From Syntrophorhabdaceae bacterium (GTDB taxonomy: Bacteria > Desulfobacterota > Syntrophorhabdia > Syntrophorhabdales > Syntrophorhabdaceae), in NCBI GenBank assembly GCA_963665295.1, contig OY762209.1:3872001-3936000 (forward strand): a stretch of DNA of 64,000 nucleotides. Direction: 5' to 3'. A program made the translations under genes and the position numbers. Positions 1 through 11,109 of this stretch are shown here, piece by piece; positions within the stretch are counted from its first letter, which is position 1, and each line of letters opens with the position of its first letter. The notes below the pieces were generated by a model. That model made no database searches. It was not told the origin of the DNA and saw only the letters and a list, made by a program, of their open reading frames with translations.

Positions 1-87
1 GGAAAAATTCACTTCTTTCCCAAGAACATTAAGGGAAGGAACGAGATAGCAAAAATCTTTGCGAGATTCCAGGAGAAGGCAAAATAA
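1..87 (+). CDS. hdrC: Heterodisulfide reductase subunit C, 3' end only (partial)
   Basis: Frame 1 is open from base 1 (GKIHFFPKNIKGRNEIAKIFARFQEKAK) to TAA at 85-87, just before the hdrB ATG; identity comes from position in an hdrCBA cluster. Confidence 0.6.
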   Translation, partial: GKIHFFPKNIKGRNEIAKIFARFQEKAK

Positions 88-88
88 C

Positions 89-1063
89 ATGGCTGAAAGA
101 GAGTACGCATACTACTCGGGATGTTCTTTGGAAGGCACGGCGGTCGAATATGACATGTCGGTGCGGCAGGTATTCAAGGCGCTTGGAGTGACCCTGAAGG
201 AACCTGAAGATTGGAGTTGCTGTGGATCGACGCCTGCCCACACGGTAGACCATGTGTTCGCTGCAGCCCTTGCCGCACGCAATCTTTCTATAATTGAAAA
301 AATGGGCACGGACACGGTCACTGTGCCATGTCCTTCGTGCCTTTCCGCATTCAAGAAGGCGCACCAGGGCATGACCAGCAGTGAGTCCTTCAAGGAGCAA
401 GTAAACGCCCTCCTTGATGAGCCTTATAACGGCGGGGTGAGCCCCAAGTCCACGCTGCAGGTAATGTACGAGGATATCGGCCTTGAAGCTCTGGCCGGAA
501 AGGTTACCCACGTGTTGCCGGACCTTGTGGTCGCGCCTTATTATGGGTGTATTCTCAACAGGCCGCCCAAAGTGGCACAGTTTGATGACCCCGAAAATCC
601 CGTTTCCATGGATAAGATACTGGAGGCGGTGGGCGTCAAGGTAAGCGACTTCGCCTTTAAGATGGAGTGCTGTGGGGCGGCATTCGGTGTTCCCAAGAGG
701 GAGATGGTCAACAGGCTGAGCTTTAAGGTCCTGAACATGGCTCTCGATTCGGGCGCAAACTGCATCGCAGTGGCGTGTCCTCTGTGCCAGCAGAACCTTG
801 ATCTGCGACAGGAACAGGTCAATGCCACCACGGGGAGCAACTTTAAAATTCCTGTTCTCTATTTTTCTCAGATCGTAGGACTTACGTATGGGCTTTCTCC
901 CGAGGAATTGGGATTGGATAAACTTATTGTTAGCGCGGATAGCCTGATCCATTCACGGATGACAGTCCAGGAATGGACCGAAAGGCAGAATGCAGAGAAA
1001 GAAAAAGAAAAGGCCGCGAAGGCCAAGCCGAAAAAAGACGAAATAAAGGCAGAGGAGACCTGA
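89..1063 (+). CDS. hdrB: CoB-CoM heterodisulfide reductase subunit B-like (CCG domains)
   Basis: YYSGCSL, WSCCGS, CPSC, YYGC, ECCGA and CPLCQQNLD motifs; ATG at 89 preferred over the track start at 59. Confidence 0.93.
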   Translation: MAEREYAYYSGCSLEGTAVEYDMSVRQVFKALGVTLKEPEDWSCCGSTPAHTVDHVFAAALAARNLSIIEKMGTDTVTVPCPSCLSAFKKAHQGMTSSESFKEQVNALLDEPYNGGVSPKSTLQVMYEDIGLEALAGKVTHVLPDLVVAPYYGCILNRPPKVAQFDDPENPVSMDKILEAVGVKVSDFAFKMECCGAAFGVPKREMVNRLSFKVLNMALDSGANCIAVACPLCQQNLDLRQEQVNATTGSNFKIPVLYFSQIVGLTYGLSPEELGLDKLIVSADSLIHSRMTVQEWTERQNAEKEKEKAAKAKPKKDEIKAEET

Positions 1064-1066
1064 TAG

Positions 1067-3028
1067 ATGCGGGTTGGAGTATTTATTTGTCATTGCGGGA
1101 GTAACATCGCCGGAACCATTGATGTTGCGAGGGTAGCGGCGGAAATGAGAAAGGTGCCGGGTGTGGCATATGCCACGAACTATATGTACACTTGCTCCGA
1201 GCCCGGTCAGGAAGAGATCAAACAGGCTATCAAGAGGGAGAAGCTGAACCGGGTAGTCGTCGCAGCCTGCTCACCCAGGATGCACGAGCTCACATTCAGG
1301 AGGACCATCGAAAAGGCGGGCCTCAACCGGTATTTCCTCGAAATGGCGAACATACGGGAGCACATCTCCTGGGTGGGTCTCGACAAAGAGCTGAACACCA
1401 ACAAGGCGATTGAAGCCGTGAAGATGGCGGTGGCGAAGGCTATGAACAACAAGCCGCTCTTCTCTTCGTCCTTCAAGGTGAACAAGCGGGTCCTCGTGAT
1501 AGGCGGCGGCGTGGCAGGCATGCAGGCGGCCCTTGATTGCGCGGACGGCGGGCTCGACGTCATCCTCGTGGAGAAGAGTCCGAGCGTGGGCGGTATGATG
1601 GCCCGTCTTGATAAGACCTTTCCCACGATTGACTGCTCCATTTGTATTCTCGGTCCGAAAATGGTGGACGTTGCGCAGCACGATAAGATAACGCTCCACG
1701 CCTATTCGGAGATCGATGATATCAAAGGGTATGTGGGGAACTACCAGATAAAGATCAAGAAGAAAGCGACCTACGTCGATTGGACGAAATGTACGGGTTG
1801 CGGACTTTGCATGGAGAAGTGCCCTTCGAAGAATGCCTATGACCATTTTAACTTCGGAGTGGCTCCTACCCGTGCCATAAACATACCTTTCCCTCAGGCG
1901 ATCCCGAAGAAAGCGAAGATCGACTCCGAGTACTGCCGGCAGTTTGTAAAAGGCAAGTGCGGGGTTTGCGCGAAGATATGTCCTACGGGAGCCATCAATT
2001 ACGAGATGCAGGATGAGATTATTACCGAAGATGTCGGCGCAATAGTAGTAGCGTCGGGATACGGCCTCATGGACATAGAGAAGCTTTCCGAGTACGGCGG
2101 CGGCAGGTATCCTGATGTAATTACAGGTATCCAGTACGAGAGACTGCTCAATGCATCGGGTCCTACGGAAGGACATATCTTGAGACCTTCCGATAAGACC
2201 GAGCCTAAGACAATCGTCTTTGTCTCCTGTGCGGGTTCCAGGGATAAGTCTTGCGGAATTCCTTATTGCTCGAATTTCTGCTGCATGTACATTGCAAAAC
2301 AGGCAATACTTACAAAAGACCACATTCCCGACTCCCAATCGTATGTCTTTTATATGGATATCCGGTCACCGGGCAAAGGGTATGATGAATTTACCCGAAG
2401 GGCGCAGGAGGATTACGGCGCAAAATACGTGCGGGGCAGAGTTTCCCGTATTTATCCCAAGGGCAAGAAGATGGTAGTTCTGGGTGCCGACACCCTTCTT
2501 GGTACACAGGTGGAGGTCGAGGCGGATCTGGTGGTGCTCGCGAACGCGGTAACTGCAGCTCCGGGTGCAGCGGGCCTCGCCGAGAAGCTTCATATTTCTT
2601 ATGATACCTTCGGTTTTTACGTAGAGAGCCACCCGAAGCTTAGACCGGTGGAAACGAATACTTCAGGTGTGTATCTTGCGGGCGCAGCACAGGGCCCGAA
2701 GGATATCCCCGCGTCGGTAGGACAGGGCAGCGCAGCGGCGAGCAAGGTACTTGGCCTCTTTTCGAAGGACATGCTCGAGTCCGATCCCATGGTGGCGAAG
2801 GTTAACGAAACCACTTGCGTAGGATGCTTGAAGTGCAAGATGACATGCCCGTTCCAGGCAATTCAGGAAAAGGAACTGCGGGGCGGCAAGATTGTAGCGA
2901 ACGTCCTGGAGACGGTCTGCGCAGGGTGTGGTGTATGTACGTCAACGTGTCCTTGCGGAGCCATACAGTTGTCTCATTTCACAGATAATCAGTTGTTAGC
3001 GGAGGTTAATACCATATGTCAGAAATAG
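1067..3028 (+). CDS. hdrA: Heterodisulfide reductase subunit A (FAD, Fe-S)
   Basis: GVFICHCGSNI, ACSPRMHE, GGGVAG FAD motif, DKTFPTIDCSIC, CAGSRD..YCSNFCC, C-terminal ferredoxin motifs. Confidence 0.96.
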   Translation: MRVGVFICHCGSNIAGTIDVARVAAEMRKVPGVAYATNYMYTCSEPGQEEIKQAIKREKLNRVVVAACSPRMHELTFRRTIEKAGLNRYFLEMANIREHISWVGLDKELNTNKAIEAVKMAVAKAMNNKPLFSSSFKVNKRVLVIGGGVAGMQAALDCADGGLDVILVEKSPSVGGMMARLDKTFPTIDCSICILGPKMVDVAQHDKITLHAYSEIDDIKGYVGNYQIKIKKKATYVDWTKCTGCGLCMEKCPSKNAYDHFNFGVAPTRAINIPFPQAIPKKAKIDSEYCRQFVKGKCGVCAKICPTGAINYEMQDEIITEDVGAIVVASGYGLMDIEKLSEYGGGRYPDVITGIQYERLLNASGPTEGHILRPSDKTEPKTIVFVSCAGSRDKSCGIPYCSNFCCMYIAKQAILTKDHIPDSQSYVFYMDIRSPGKGYDEFTRRAQEDYGAKYVRGRVSRIYPKGKKMVVLGADTLLGTQVEVEADLVVLANAVTAAPGAAGLAEKLHISYDTFGFYVESHPKLRPVETNTSGVYLAGAAQGPKDIPASVGQGSAAASKVLGLFSKDMLESDPMVAKVNETTCVGCLKCKMTCPFQAIQEKELRGGKIVANVLETVCAGCGVCTSTCPCGAIQLSHFTDNQLLAEVNTICQK

Positions 3029-3453
3029 CCCCTAAGGAGCTTAGAATTGTTGGTTTTCTCTGTAACTGGTGTTCGTACGGAGGAGCCGATACCGCAGGAG
3101 TGAGCCGGTTTAAACAGCCAAGCGACCTGAGGATAATCAGGGTTCCGTGTTCAGGCCGGGTAGACCCGCTCTTCGTAGCAAAGGCGCTTCTCAACGGGGC
3201 GGATGGAGTACTTGTCTCCGGGTGCCATCCCAGAGACTGTCACTATACGGACGGTAATTTTTACGCAAGGCGCAGGCTTGAGATGCTGAAGCAATTACTG
3301 CCCTTTTTAGGAATTGACGAGAAACGATTCCACTACACATGGATATCGGCTTCCGAGGGGGCTCGGTGGCAGCAGACGGTAACGGATTTTACCAAACAGG
3401 TTCACAAGCTGGGCCCATTACATTCTACGACGGAGGCACAAAGTGGGTCCTGA
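3016..3453 (+). CDS. flxD: MvhD/FlxD-like [2Fe-2S] hydrogenase delta subunit
   Basis: FLCNWCSYGGAD, RVPCSGRVD, GCHPRDCHY motifs; follows hdrA. Confidence 0.9.
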   Translation: MSEIAPKELRIVGFLCNWCSYGGADTAGVSRFKQPSDLRIIRVPCSGRVDPLFVAKALLNGADGVLVSGCHPRDCHYTDGNFYARRRLEMLKQLLPFLGIDEKRFHYTWISASEGARWQQTVTDFTKQVHKLGPLHSTTEAQSGS

Positions 3454-4399
3454 GAAACTACGAGAAGTCATTGCACAAACACTCAAAGATGTTGACGTAG
3501 TCATAGCTTATAAGGAAGGGTTTGACAAACTGCACGGTACTCCGTGTTTTGTTACCAAACCAGAGCAAATCGATCAAGTCATTTTTAGTCCGGTCTGCGC
3601 ACAGAACCTCGCAAGTTATCTGCCGTCCCTGAAAGGGAAGAAGGTCGGGGTCGTGGTAAAGGGTTGTGACAGCAGGACGGTCGTGCAGTATATGCAGGAA
3701 GGGTTGATCGATAAGGATAAAATCGTTGTTATCGGTATTCCGTGCACGGGAGTGGTGAGTGTGAAGAAGATCCAGAACAGGATCAATCACCGGCCGGTGC
3801 TGGACGTGACCTTCGGTGACAGCGGTGCGGTTACGGTGAAAACCCCCAAGGGCGAAGAGAAACTGTCTATTTCCGATGTGTCTCCCGATAAATGCGGGAC
3901 CTGCATGTATCCTACGCCGGTCATTTACGATCACCTCGTAGGGGATGCGATAAAGTCCGACAAATCACCTGAGAGGGTGTATAAGGACGTCGAGGAACTG
4001 GCGGCTAAGTCTCTCGAGGAGAAGAAAGAGTATTGGGAGAAGGAGTTTGACCGGTGCATTCGGTGTTATGCGTGTCGGAATGCATGTCCTATGTGCGTAT
4101 GCCAGGATAGTTGCATTGCGGAAAGCCGTGAGCCGCACTGGATCAGCCAGAAGTCGAACCTGAAGGAAAAGTTCATGTTTCACATGATTCATGCGCTTCA
4201 TCTTGCAGGAAGGTGCGTAGAGTGCGGGGAGTGTGAGCGGGCGTGCCCCATGGGCATACCGGTTAACATGCTCAAGAAGAAAATCAATCAGGACATGAAG
4301 CGTCTGTACGATTATGAACCGGGAATCAAACCGGAGGACAAGCCTCCGATGTATACTTTTAGCGTTGAAGAAAAGAAGATAGAGGAGCACAAACTCTAA
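3443..4399 (+). CDS. flxC: FlxC-like 4Fe-4S protein
   Basis: KGCDSR, CIRCYACRNACPMCVC, HLAGRCVECGECERACP; position in hdr-flx order. Confidence 0.8.
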   Translation: MGPEKLREVIAQTLKDVDVVIAYKEGFDKLHGTPCFVTKPEQIDQVIFSPVCAQNLASYLPSLKGKKVGVVVKGCDSRTVVQYMQEGLIDKDKIVVIGIPCTGVVSVKKIQNRINHRPVLDVTFGDSGAVTVKTPKGEEKLSISDVSPDKCGTCMYPTPVIYDHLVGDAIKSDKSPERVYKDVEELAAKSLEEKKEYWEKEFDRCIRCYACRNACPMCVCQDSCIAESREPHWISQKSNLKEKFMFHMIHALHLAGRCVECGECERACPMGIPVNMLKKKINQDMKRLYDYEPGIKPEDKPPMYTFSVEEKKIEEHKL

Positions 4400-5502
4400 T
4401 GGCCGACACAGGATTTATCCCAAAAGACAAGTGGGGAGCATTCATAGAAGGACTTAGCGCAGAGGCACAGGTGTACGTACCTTGCCTGGAAGGCGAGACG
4501 GTGATATTCAGGCCTTTCGGAAAGGACAGGACCCTCTGTTTTGAGAGACCTGCGAACACTCCTCCGAAGGGGGTTATCTTTCCCCAGAGCGATACACTTT
4601 TCTCCTTTAAGTTCACGAAGAAAGACCCGGATAATCCACAGAAGGTCGATATAGAACTTGTGGAACAGAATAGTTTCCCGAAAACCGTGGTGATCGGGGG
4701 CAGACCGTGCGATGCAAAGGGGTTTACGGTATACGACAGGCCGTATACGCAGACGGATACGCCTGACCCGTACTATAAGAGCCGCCGCGAGCAGACGACT
4801 GTCGTGACCCTTGCGTGCCAGTCACCGTCGGCAGGATGCTTCTGCACATCGGTGGAAGGTGGTCCTGCTGATAAGACAGGCTCCGACGCCCTCATAACGG
4901 AAGTGGAGAAGGGTTATTTCATCGAAGCCGTCACCGAAAAGGGCAAGGCTCTCCTTACACGGCCGGGAGTCGAGGACGGGAAGGCCTATGAAGCTGAAGC
5001 CCGGAAAGACCACGACTCAGCAGGTGAGATGCTGAAGAAACGGTTCGGTGATATCGCCAAGCCCACAGTGTCGAAGGAGCTTTTTGAGAATAATGAGTTC
5101 TGGGAAGAAGAGCTTGCGAAGTGCCTGAGCTGCGGGGCGTGTACCTACCTCTGCCCGACGTGTTACTGCTTCAACATTACTGATGAGGCTGGGACGGATC
5201 AGGGCGAGCGGATCAGAAGCTGGGATGGGTGCATGTATGCTCACTTCACCCTTGAGGCAAGCGGTCACAACCCTAGACCTGCAAAGTTCCAGAGATATAA
5301 GAACAGGGTAGGGCATAAGTTCCTTTTTTATGGTGAGAGATATGATGGCGTGATTGCCTGTTCGGGTTGCGGCAGGTGCATCAGATATTGTCCCGTCTCG
5401 GTGGACATCAGTGAGATAGTATCGAAATTGCAGGAAACCGGCGCGGGTAGTGCGGCGCAGGGAGAAAACGATAAGAATGCAGGGAGCGTAAGCAATGGCT
5501 GA
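4399..5502 (+). CDS. flxB: FlxB-like 4Fe-4S protein (AsrA / sulfhydrogenase beta family)
   Basis: RPCD, CFC, CLSCGACTYLCPTCYCF, RSWDGC, CSGCGRCIRYCP. Confidence 0.8.
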   Translation: MADTGFIPKDKWGAFIEGLSAEAQVYVPCLEGETVIFRPFGKDRTLCFERPANTPPKGVIFPQSDTLFSFKFTKKDPDNPQKVDIELVEQNSFPKTVVIGGRPCDAKGFTVYDRPYTQTDTPDPYYKSRREQTTVVTLACQSPSAGCFCTSVEGGPADKTGSDALITEVEKGYFIEAVTEKGKALLTRPGVEDGKAYEAEARKDHDSAGEMLKKRFGDIAKPTVSKELFENNEFWEEELAKCLSCGACTYLCPTCYCFNITDEAGTDQGERIRSWDGCMYAHFTLEASGHNPRPAKFQRYKNRVGHKFLFYGERYDGVIACSGCGRCIRYCPVSVDISEIVSKLQETGAGSAAQGENDKNAGSVSNG

Positions 5503-6331
5503 GAACAAGAACCCCTACCTACCTGAGATGGTTACTATTACGAATATTATAGAAGAGACGCCGAACATTAAGTCCTTTCAGGTCGTGTTCAATGATCCCG
5601 AGAGAATGAAAACCTTCAAGTTTGAGCCCGGACAAGTAGGACAGCTTTCTGTTTTTGGCGTAGGGGAGTCAACTTTTGTTATTAATTCGCCCCCAACAAG
5701 AATGGATTATCTTCAGTTCAGCGTAATGAAGGCAGGAGAAGTCACTGCCGCGTTGCACGATCTGTATCCGGGGGATGAGATGGGCGTGAGGGCGCCCCTT
5801 GGGAACTGGTTTCCCCACGAGCAAATGAAGGGTAAGAATATCCTTTTCATCGGCGGTGGAATAGGACTTGCCCCACTGCGAACCCTCATTCTCTTCATGC
5901 TCGATAACCGGGCTGACTACAAAGACATTACGATAATTTACGGTTCGAGGACGCCCCCGGACCTTTGCTATAAAGAAGACCTTAATGAGTGGGAGTCCCG
6001 CAGCGACGTCAACCTCATACTGACGGTAGATGCAGAGTATCCCGGCTGGGATAAGCGCGTAGGTTTTGTTCCTACGGTTCTCAATGAAGTGGCACCGTCG
6101 CCTGTGGACACCATTGCCATCACGTGCGGGCCGCCCATTATGATCAAGTTCGTGCTTCAGAATCTCGCTAAACTGCAATTCAGCGAGGAAAACATTATTA
6201 CAACCCTCGAGGCCAGGATGAAATGCGGAATCGGCATCTGCGGACGGTGCAACCTTGGGGCAAAGTATATCTGCAAAGACGGTCCGGTTTTTTCACTCGC
6301 GCAACTCAAGGATCTTCCCGGCGCATTATAA
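5495..6331 (+). CDS. flxA: FlxA-like FAD/NAD-binding oxidoreductase (AsrB/PyrK family)
   Basis: FEPGQ, GGGIGLAPLR, CGPPIMIK, MKCGIGICGRC..ICKDGPVF. Confidence 0.85.
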   Translation: MAENKNPYLPEMVTITNIIEETPNIKSFQVVFNDPERMKTFKFEPGQVGQLSVFGVGESTFVINSPPTRMDYLQFSVMKAGEVTAALHDLYPGDEMGVRAPLGNWFPHEQMKGKNILFIGGGIGLAPLRTLILFMLDNRADYKDITIIYGSRTPPDLCYKEDLNEWESRSDVNLILTVDAEYPGWDKRVGFVPTVLNEVAPSPVDTIAITCGPPIMIKFVLQNLAKLQFSEENIITTLEARMKCGIGICGRCNLGAKYICKDGPVFSLAQLKDLPGAL

Positions 6332-6354
6332 TTTCGGGAAGGGTGTCGGCAGTC

Positions 6355-6421
6355 AGGGGCTTCCTGTTTCTCAAGCCCCTTCAGAATGGTACGCGGTGGT
6401 GTGACCGGTTCACATCGCCGC
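6355..6421 (+). terminator. Two hairpins downstream of flxA (possible terminator or mRNA-end structures)
   Basis: AGGGGCTT/AAGCCCCT stem, then GCGGTGGTGTGA/TCACATCGCCGC stem with G-U pairs; no clear U-tract. Confidence 0.35.
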
Positions 6422-6533
6422 ATGAGTGTACCTCCACAATAACTGATTGTGAAAGTTAATAAAGGGTTGACTTTTCGCTGAGAGGTCTTATTCTCCTGAC
6501 ATGAGAATAGAGAGCTTTCGTGGGGGTCGCGTT

Positions 6534-6731
6534 ATGAAGACCGTCGGCAGGATGTTGCTCGTGGCGGCTTTGTTCGCGGCCACATCCTGCGTAGTCGCGA
6601 CCTATCCGGATGATTACTATTACGGGTATCCCCGGGGATACTATTACTACTATGGTCATCCTTACGGATACTATTACTACGGCCACCCATACCATTACCA
6701 TTATTACTATCCCTACAGGTATTATCGATAG
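6534..6731 (+). CDS. Small Tyr/His-rich putative lipoprotein (65 aa)
   Basis: Signal peptide MKTVGRMLLVAALFAATS-C, then YYYG(H/Y)P repeats; promoter-like TTGACT-16-TATTCT upstream and a strong hairpin downstream. Confidence 0.7.
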   Translation: MKTVGRMLLVAALFAATSCVVATYPDDYYYGYPRGYYYYYGHPYGYYYYGHPYHYHYYYPYRYYR

Positions 6732-6746
6732 CCTGCGATAATGTGA

Positions 6747-8180
<1,434 letters not shown>

Positions 8181-8201
8181 AAGGGGGTCGAGATAATTCT
8201 G

Positions 8202-8231
8202 TTGACTTCCCTCGCGGCTTTGAGTTTTAAT
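8202..8231 (+). promoter_or_regulatory. Sigma70-like promoter for the yqeY-mutS2-dnaG-rpoD operon
   Basis: TTGACT-18 nt-TTTAAT. Confidence 0.4.
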
Positions 8232-8273
8232 AAGGCAATTTAAAAACGTCACCCTGCGCACTGGGTGAGGGGA

Positions 8274-8348
8274 ATGAGGATTCTTCCCGCAGTCAGGAAG
8301 AGGGCGGTGAAAAAACTCGGAAGAGTTGCAAATAAAGGCCCGTACTAA
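8274..8348 (+). pseudogene. 24-codon basic mini-ORF resembling the bS21 C-terminus (possible rpsU remnant or leader peptide)
   Basis: MRILPAVRKRAVKKLGRVANKGPY, GAGGGG upstream, stop directly abuts the yqeY ATG (TAAATG); occupies the usual rpsU position. Confidence 0.4.
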
Positions 8349-8798
8349 ATGGAATATAAGACCAGAATCGAGGAAGGTTTAAAGAAGGCTATGAAAGAGA
8401 GGGACGCGGTGCGTCTTTCTCTTTTCAGAATGCTTCTCACCGCTATAAAGAACAAAGAAGTGGAGAAGATAGGGGCTCTTACTGAGGATGAGTTTTTTTC
8501 CCTGGTAAAAACATCGGTAAAACAGCATATCGAGTCTATAGAGAGTTTTAAGAAAGGGAATAGAAACGATCTCGTCGAAAAAGAAGAAAAGGAGCTTGCT
8601 ATACTGAAGGAGTTTCTTCCGGCTCAGTTGACGGAAGAGGAAATGATCAAAGAAATCGAAGAGGCCGTAGAGGCCCTTGAAGTCAAAAGCCAGAAAGATA
8701 TGGGCAAAGTTATAAAATCTATTATGGGGAAGTACCCCGGAAGGTTAGATGGAAAACTGTTAAGTGAATTGGTGCTTAAAAGACTATCTTCAAAATAG
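8349..8798 (+). CDS. yqeY: GatB/YqeY domain protein
   Basis: LKKAMKERD..RMLLTAIKNKE, ESIESFKKGNR, FLPAQLTEEE, KDMGKV. Confidence 0.93.
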   Translation: MEYKTRIEEGLKKAMKERDAVRLSLFRMLLTAIKNKEVEKIGALTEDEFFSLVKTSVKQHIESIESFKKGNRNDLVEKEEKELAILKEFLPAQLTEEEMIKEIEEAVEALEVKSQKDMGKVIKSIMGKYPGRLDGKLLSELVLKRLSSK

Positions 8799-8814
8799 AT
8801 AGTCAAAGCCCTTT

Positions 8815-11109
8815 ATGGTTGACAAGACCCTATCATATCTCGACTATATAAAATTACTCGACATTTTAAGAAGATACTCATCGACTCATTTCGCGGATGA
8901 AATGATCGGAGGTCTTTCGCCCCTTGTTGACCCGGCGGAAATCAGGGAGAGACAAGACAGACTGGAAGCGGTTCTCGAAGTTGTCAAATGGGACGGCAAG
9001 ATTCCTTTGTCGGATATTCCCGATATAGGCGAACTCTCGAAGAGGCTCTCCGTCCGCGATGCCATCATCGAGACTGAAGGGTTTGTCCTCATCTCATTCT
9101 TCCTCAAGGCATGCGGGGACATTTCCTCCTTCCTCAGGAGGTCCCATGCAAAATCTCCCTACATAGAATCCCTCCTCACCGCCCTGAAACCCCTGCATCC
9201 TGCGCAATCGCGGATCATGAAGACCATAAATGTTGAGGGATTTATTGAGGATACGGCTTCCTACGAGCTATCCAAAATCCGTTCAGACCTCTTCAGCTTA
9301 AGGGAAAGGATGAAAAGGCATCTCGAAAGGCTTATGGAGAAAGAGGTCATCCGCCCCGTGCTTCAGGATACCTACATTGCCATAAGAAACGGCAGGTATG
9401 TCATTCCCTTGAAGCCCAACTTCAATGAAGCCCTGAAGGGCATTGTCCACGACTATTCACATTCTCTGAAGACATCCTTCGTGGAGCCCATCGAGTCCGT
9501 GGAATTAAATAACACCATCAATATACTCCAGGAGGAAGAAAGAGAGGAAGAGAAGCGGGTACTGACGGAACTCACCGCCTTCATACGAGGATTTGCGGAG
9601 GACATTGAAATAAACCTGAAGATTATGAAGGAACTCGATTTTTATCACTGTCTGGCCCTTTTCAGCAAGGAATTCAACTGCGTCAGACCCGAGATACGCA
9701 AGGGCGGCCCCCTGGAGATAAAAGGCGCTTTTAACCCGTTTATCGTGATATCGCGAAGGGAGAAGGCCGTGCCTATAGATATACTGATGGCGGGTGACAA
9801 AAAGGCGATGGTGATCAGTGGTCCGAACGCAGGAGGTAAGACTGCCGCCCTCAAAACCATAGGCCTCCTGTCCGTGATGGCCGCGTCCGGCGTCTTCATC
9901 CCCGCCTCGGGAAGGCCTCTGATACCACTCAGTTCCCATGTGTTTGCGGTCATGGGTGACGAACAGGACATCACCATGGAACTGTCGAGCTTCACCGCCC
10001 ATATGCAGACCATAAAGGATCTTTTCTATCGTTCTCAGGGCAATGAGCTTATTCTCATCGACGAAATAGGGGGAGGCACCGAGCCCCAGGAGGCGTCGGC
10101 CCTTTCTATGAGCGTTATCGATGCCTTTGTCGCAAAGGGTTGCAGAGTGGTGGTCACAACCCACCTGAATCTTCTGAAGGCTTACGGATTCACGAAGCCC
10201 TTTGCCATAAATGTCGCCACAGAATCGGATGCCGAAACAATGAGGCCCAGATACAAACTCGTGTACGGGATCGCAGGATACAGCAATGCCATAAGCGTGG
10301 CAAAAAACCTCAATCTTCCTCCGGCAATAATTGAGGCGAGCTATGGATACCTGGGAAAACAGGAGTACATGCTGAACGACCTCGTGAGCGCCCTTGAACT
10401 GGGAAAGAAGAAAGTGGACGAGGAACGGGAGAGCATCGGGAAACTCAGGGATGAAGCGAAGAAGAGAGTCGCTCTTCTCAAGGAAAACCGCGAGGAATAC
10501 CTGAGAAAGGTGGAAGAGAAGTGCGAATCCCGGGTACGCGAGCTTGAGGGGGAGATAGAACAAATCCAGCGGGACATGGAAAAGAAGGACAGAGCGACTG
10601 CAAAGACTGCCAAAGAACGGGTCAAGGTCCTGAGACAAACTTTTGTGAAAACCCCCACTCCTGCTGAGGACTACAGGGTTCGGGCAGGCGATTATGTGAT
10701 GGTACGCACGTTGGGAAGCAAGGGATATGTGGTATCCTTAGATAAAGACGGCGAGATGTGCGAAGTCCAGATAGGCAACATCAGGACGAGGGTGCACAAA
10801 ACCCACCTAGCTAAAGTAGCGATCGAAAGGAAACCAAGGCCCGACAAGGGTGTTCAGATTCACGTCCAGCCCATCGGGGAAGCGGAAGTGAATCTGATCG
10901 GCATGAGAGTTGAAGAGGCGCTGAGGGAACTGGACCGTTTTATCGACAGGGCGATCGTGCAGGGATTGCCCCGGGTGAAGATCCTTCATGGAGTCGGAAG
11001 CGGCAAGCTGATGACTGCCGTCAAGGAGCATCTTCACGACGTAGTGTATGTGAAGGGCCTGTTGAAGGATGAGAGAAACGCAGGAGTCACGGTGGTAGAA
11101 CTGACATGA
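8815..11109 (+). CDS. mutS2: MutS2 family ATPase with C-terminal Smr domain
   Basis: RNGRYVIP, GPNAGGKT Walker A, LIDEIGGGTEP, TTH, coiled coil, Smr ILHGVGSG. Confidence 0.93.
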   Translation: MVDKTLSYLDYIKLLDILRRYSSTHFADEMIGGLSPLVDPAEIRERQDRLEAVLEVVKWDGKIPLSDIPDIGELSKRLSVRDAIIETEGFVLISFFLKACGDISSFLRRSHAKSPYIESLLTALKPLHPAQSRIMKTINVEGFIEDTASYELSKIRSDLFSLRERMKRHLERLMEKEVIRPVLQDTYIAIRNGRYVIPLKPNFNEALKGIVHDYSHSLKTSFVEPIESVELNNTINILQEEEREEEKRVLTELTAFIRGFAEDIEINLKIMKELDFYHCLALFSKEFNCVRPEIRKGGPLEIKGAFNPFIVISRREKAVPIDILMAGDKKAMVISGPNAGGKTAALKTIGLLSVMAASGVFIPASGRPLIPLSSHVFAVMGDEQDITMELSSFTAHMQTIKDLFYRSQGNELILIDEIGGGTEPQEASALSMSVIDAFVAKGCRVVVTTHLNLLKAYGFTKPFAINVATESDAETMRPRYKLVYGIAGYSNAISVAKNLNLPPAIIEASYGYLGKQEYMLNDLVSALELGKKKVDEERESIGKLRDEAKKRVALLKENREEYLRKVEEKCESRVRELEGEIEQIQRDMEKKDRATAKTAKERVKVLRQTFVKTPTPAEDYRVRAGDYVMVRTLGSKGYVVSLDKDGEMCEVQIGNIRTRVHKTHLAKVAIERKPRPDKGVQIHVQPIGEAEVNLIGMRVEEALRELDRFIDRAIVQGLPRVKILHGVGSGKLMTAVKEHLHDVVYVKGLLKDERNAGVTVVELT

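Noticed and set aside
29..2338. Long minus-strand ORFs (29..952, 1271..2338)
   Set aside because: Antisense shadows of hdrB and hdrA with no recognisable motifs
6399..6413. TGTGA-N5-TCACA as a CRP/FNR site
   Set aside because: Spacer is 5 rather than 6 nt, and the sequence is explained by the hairpin downstream of flxA
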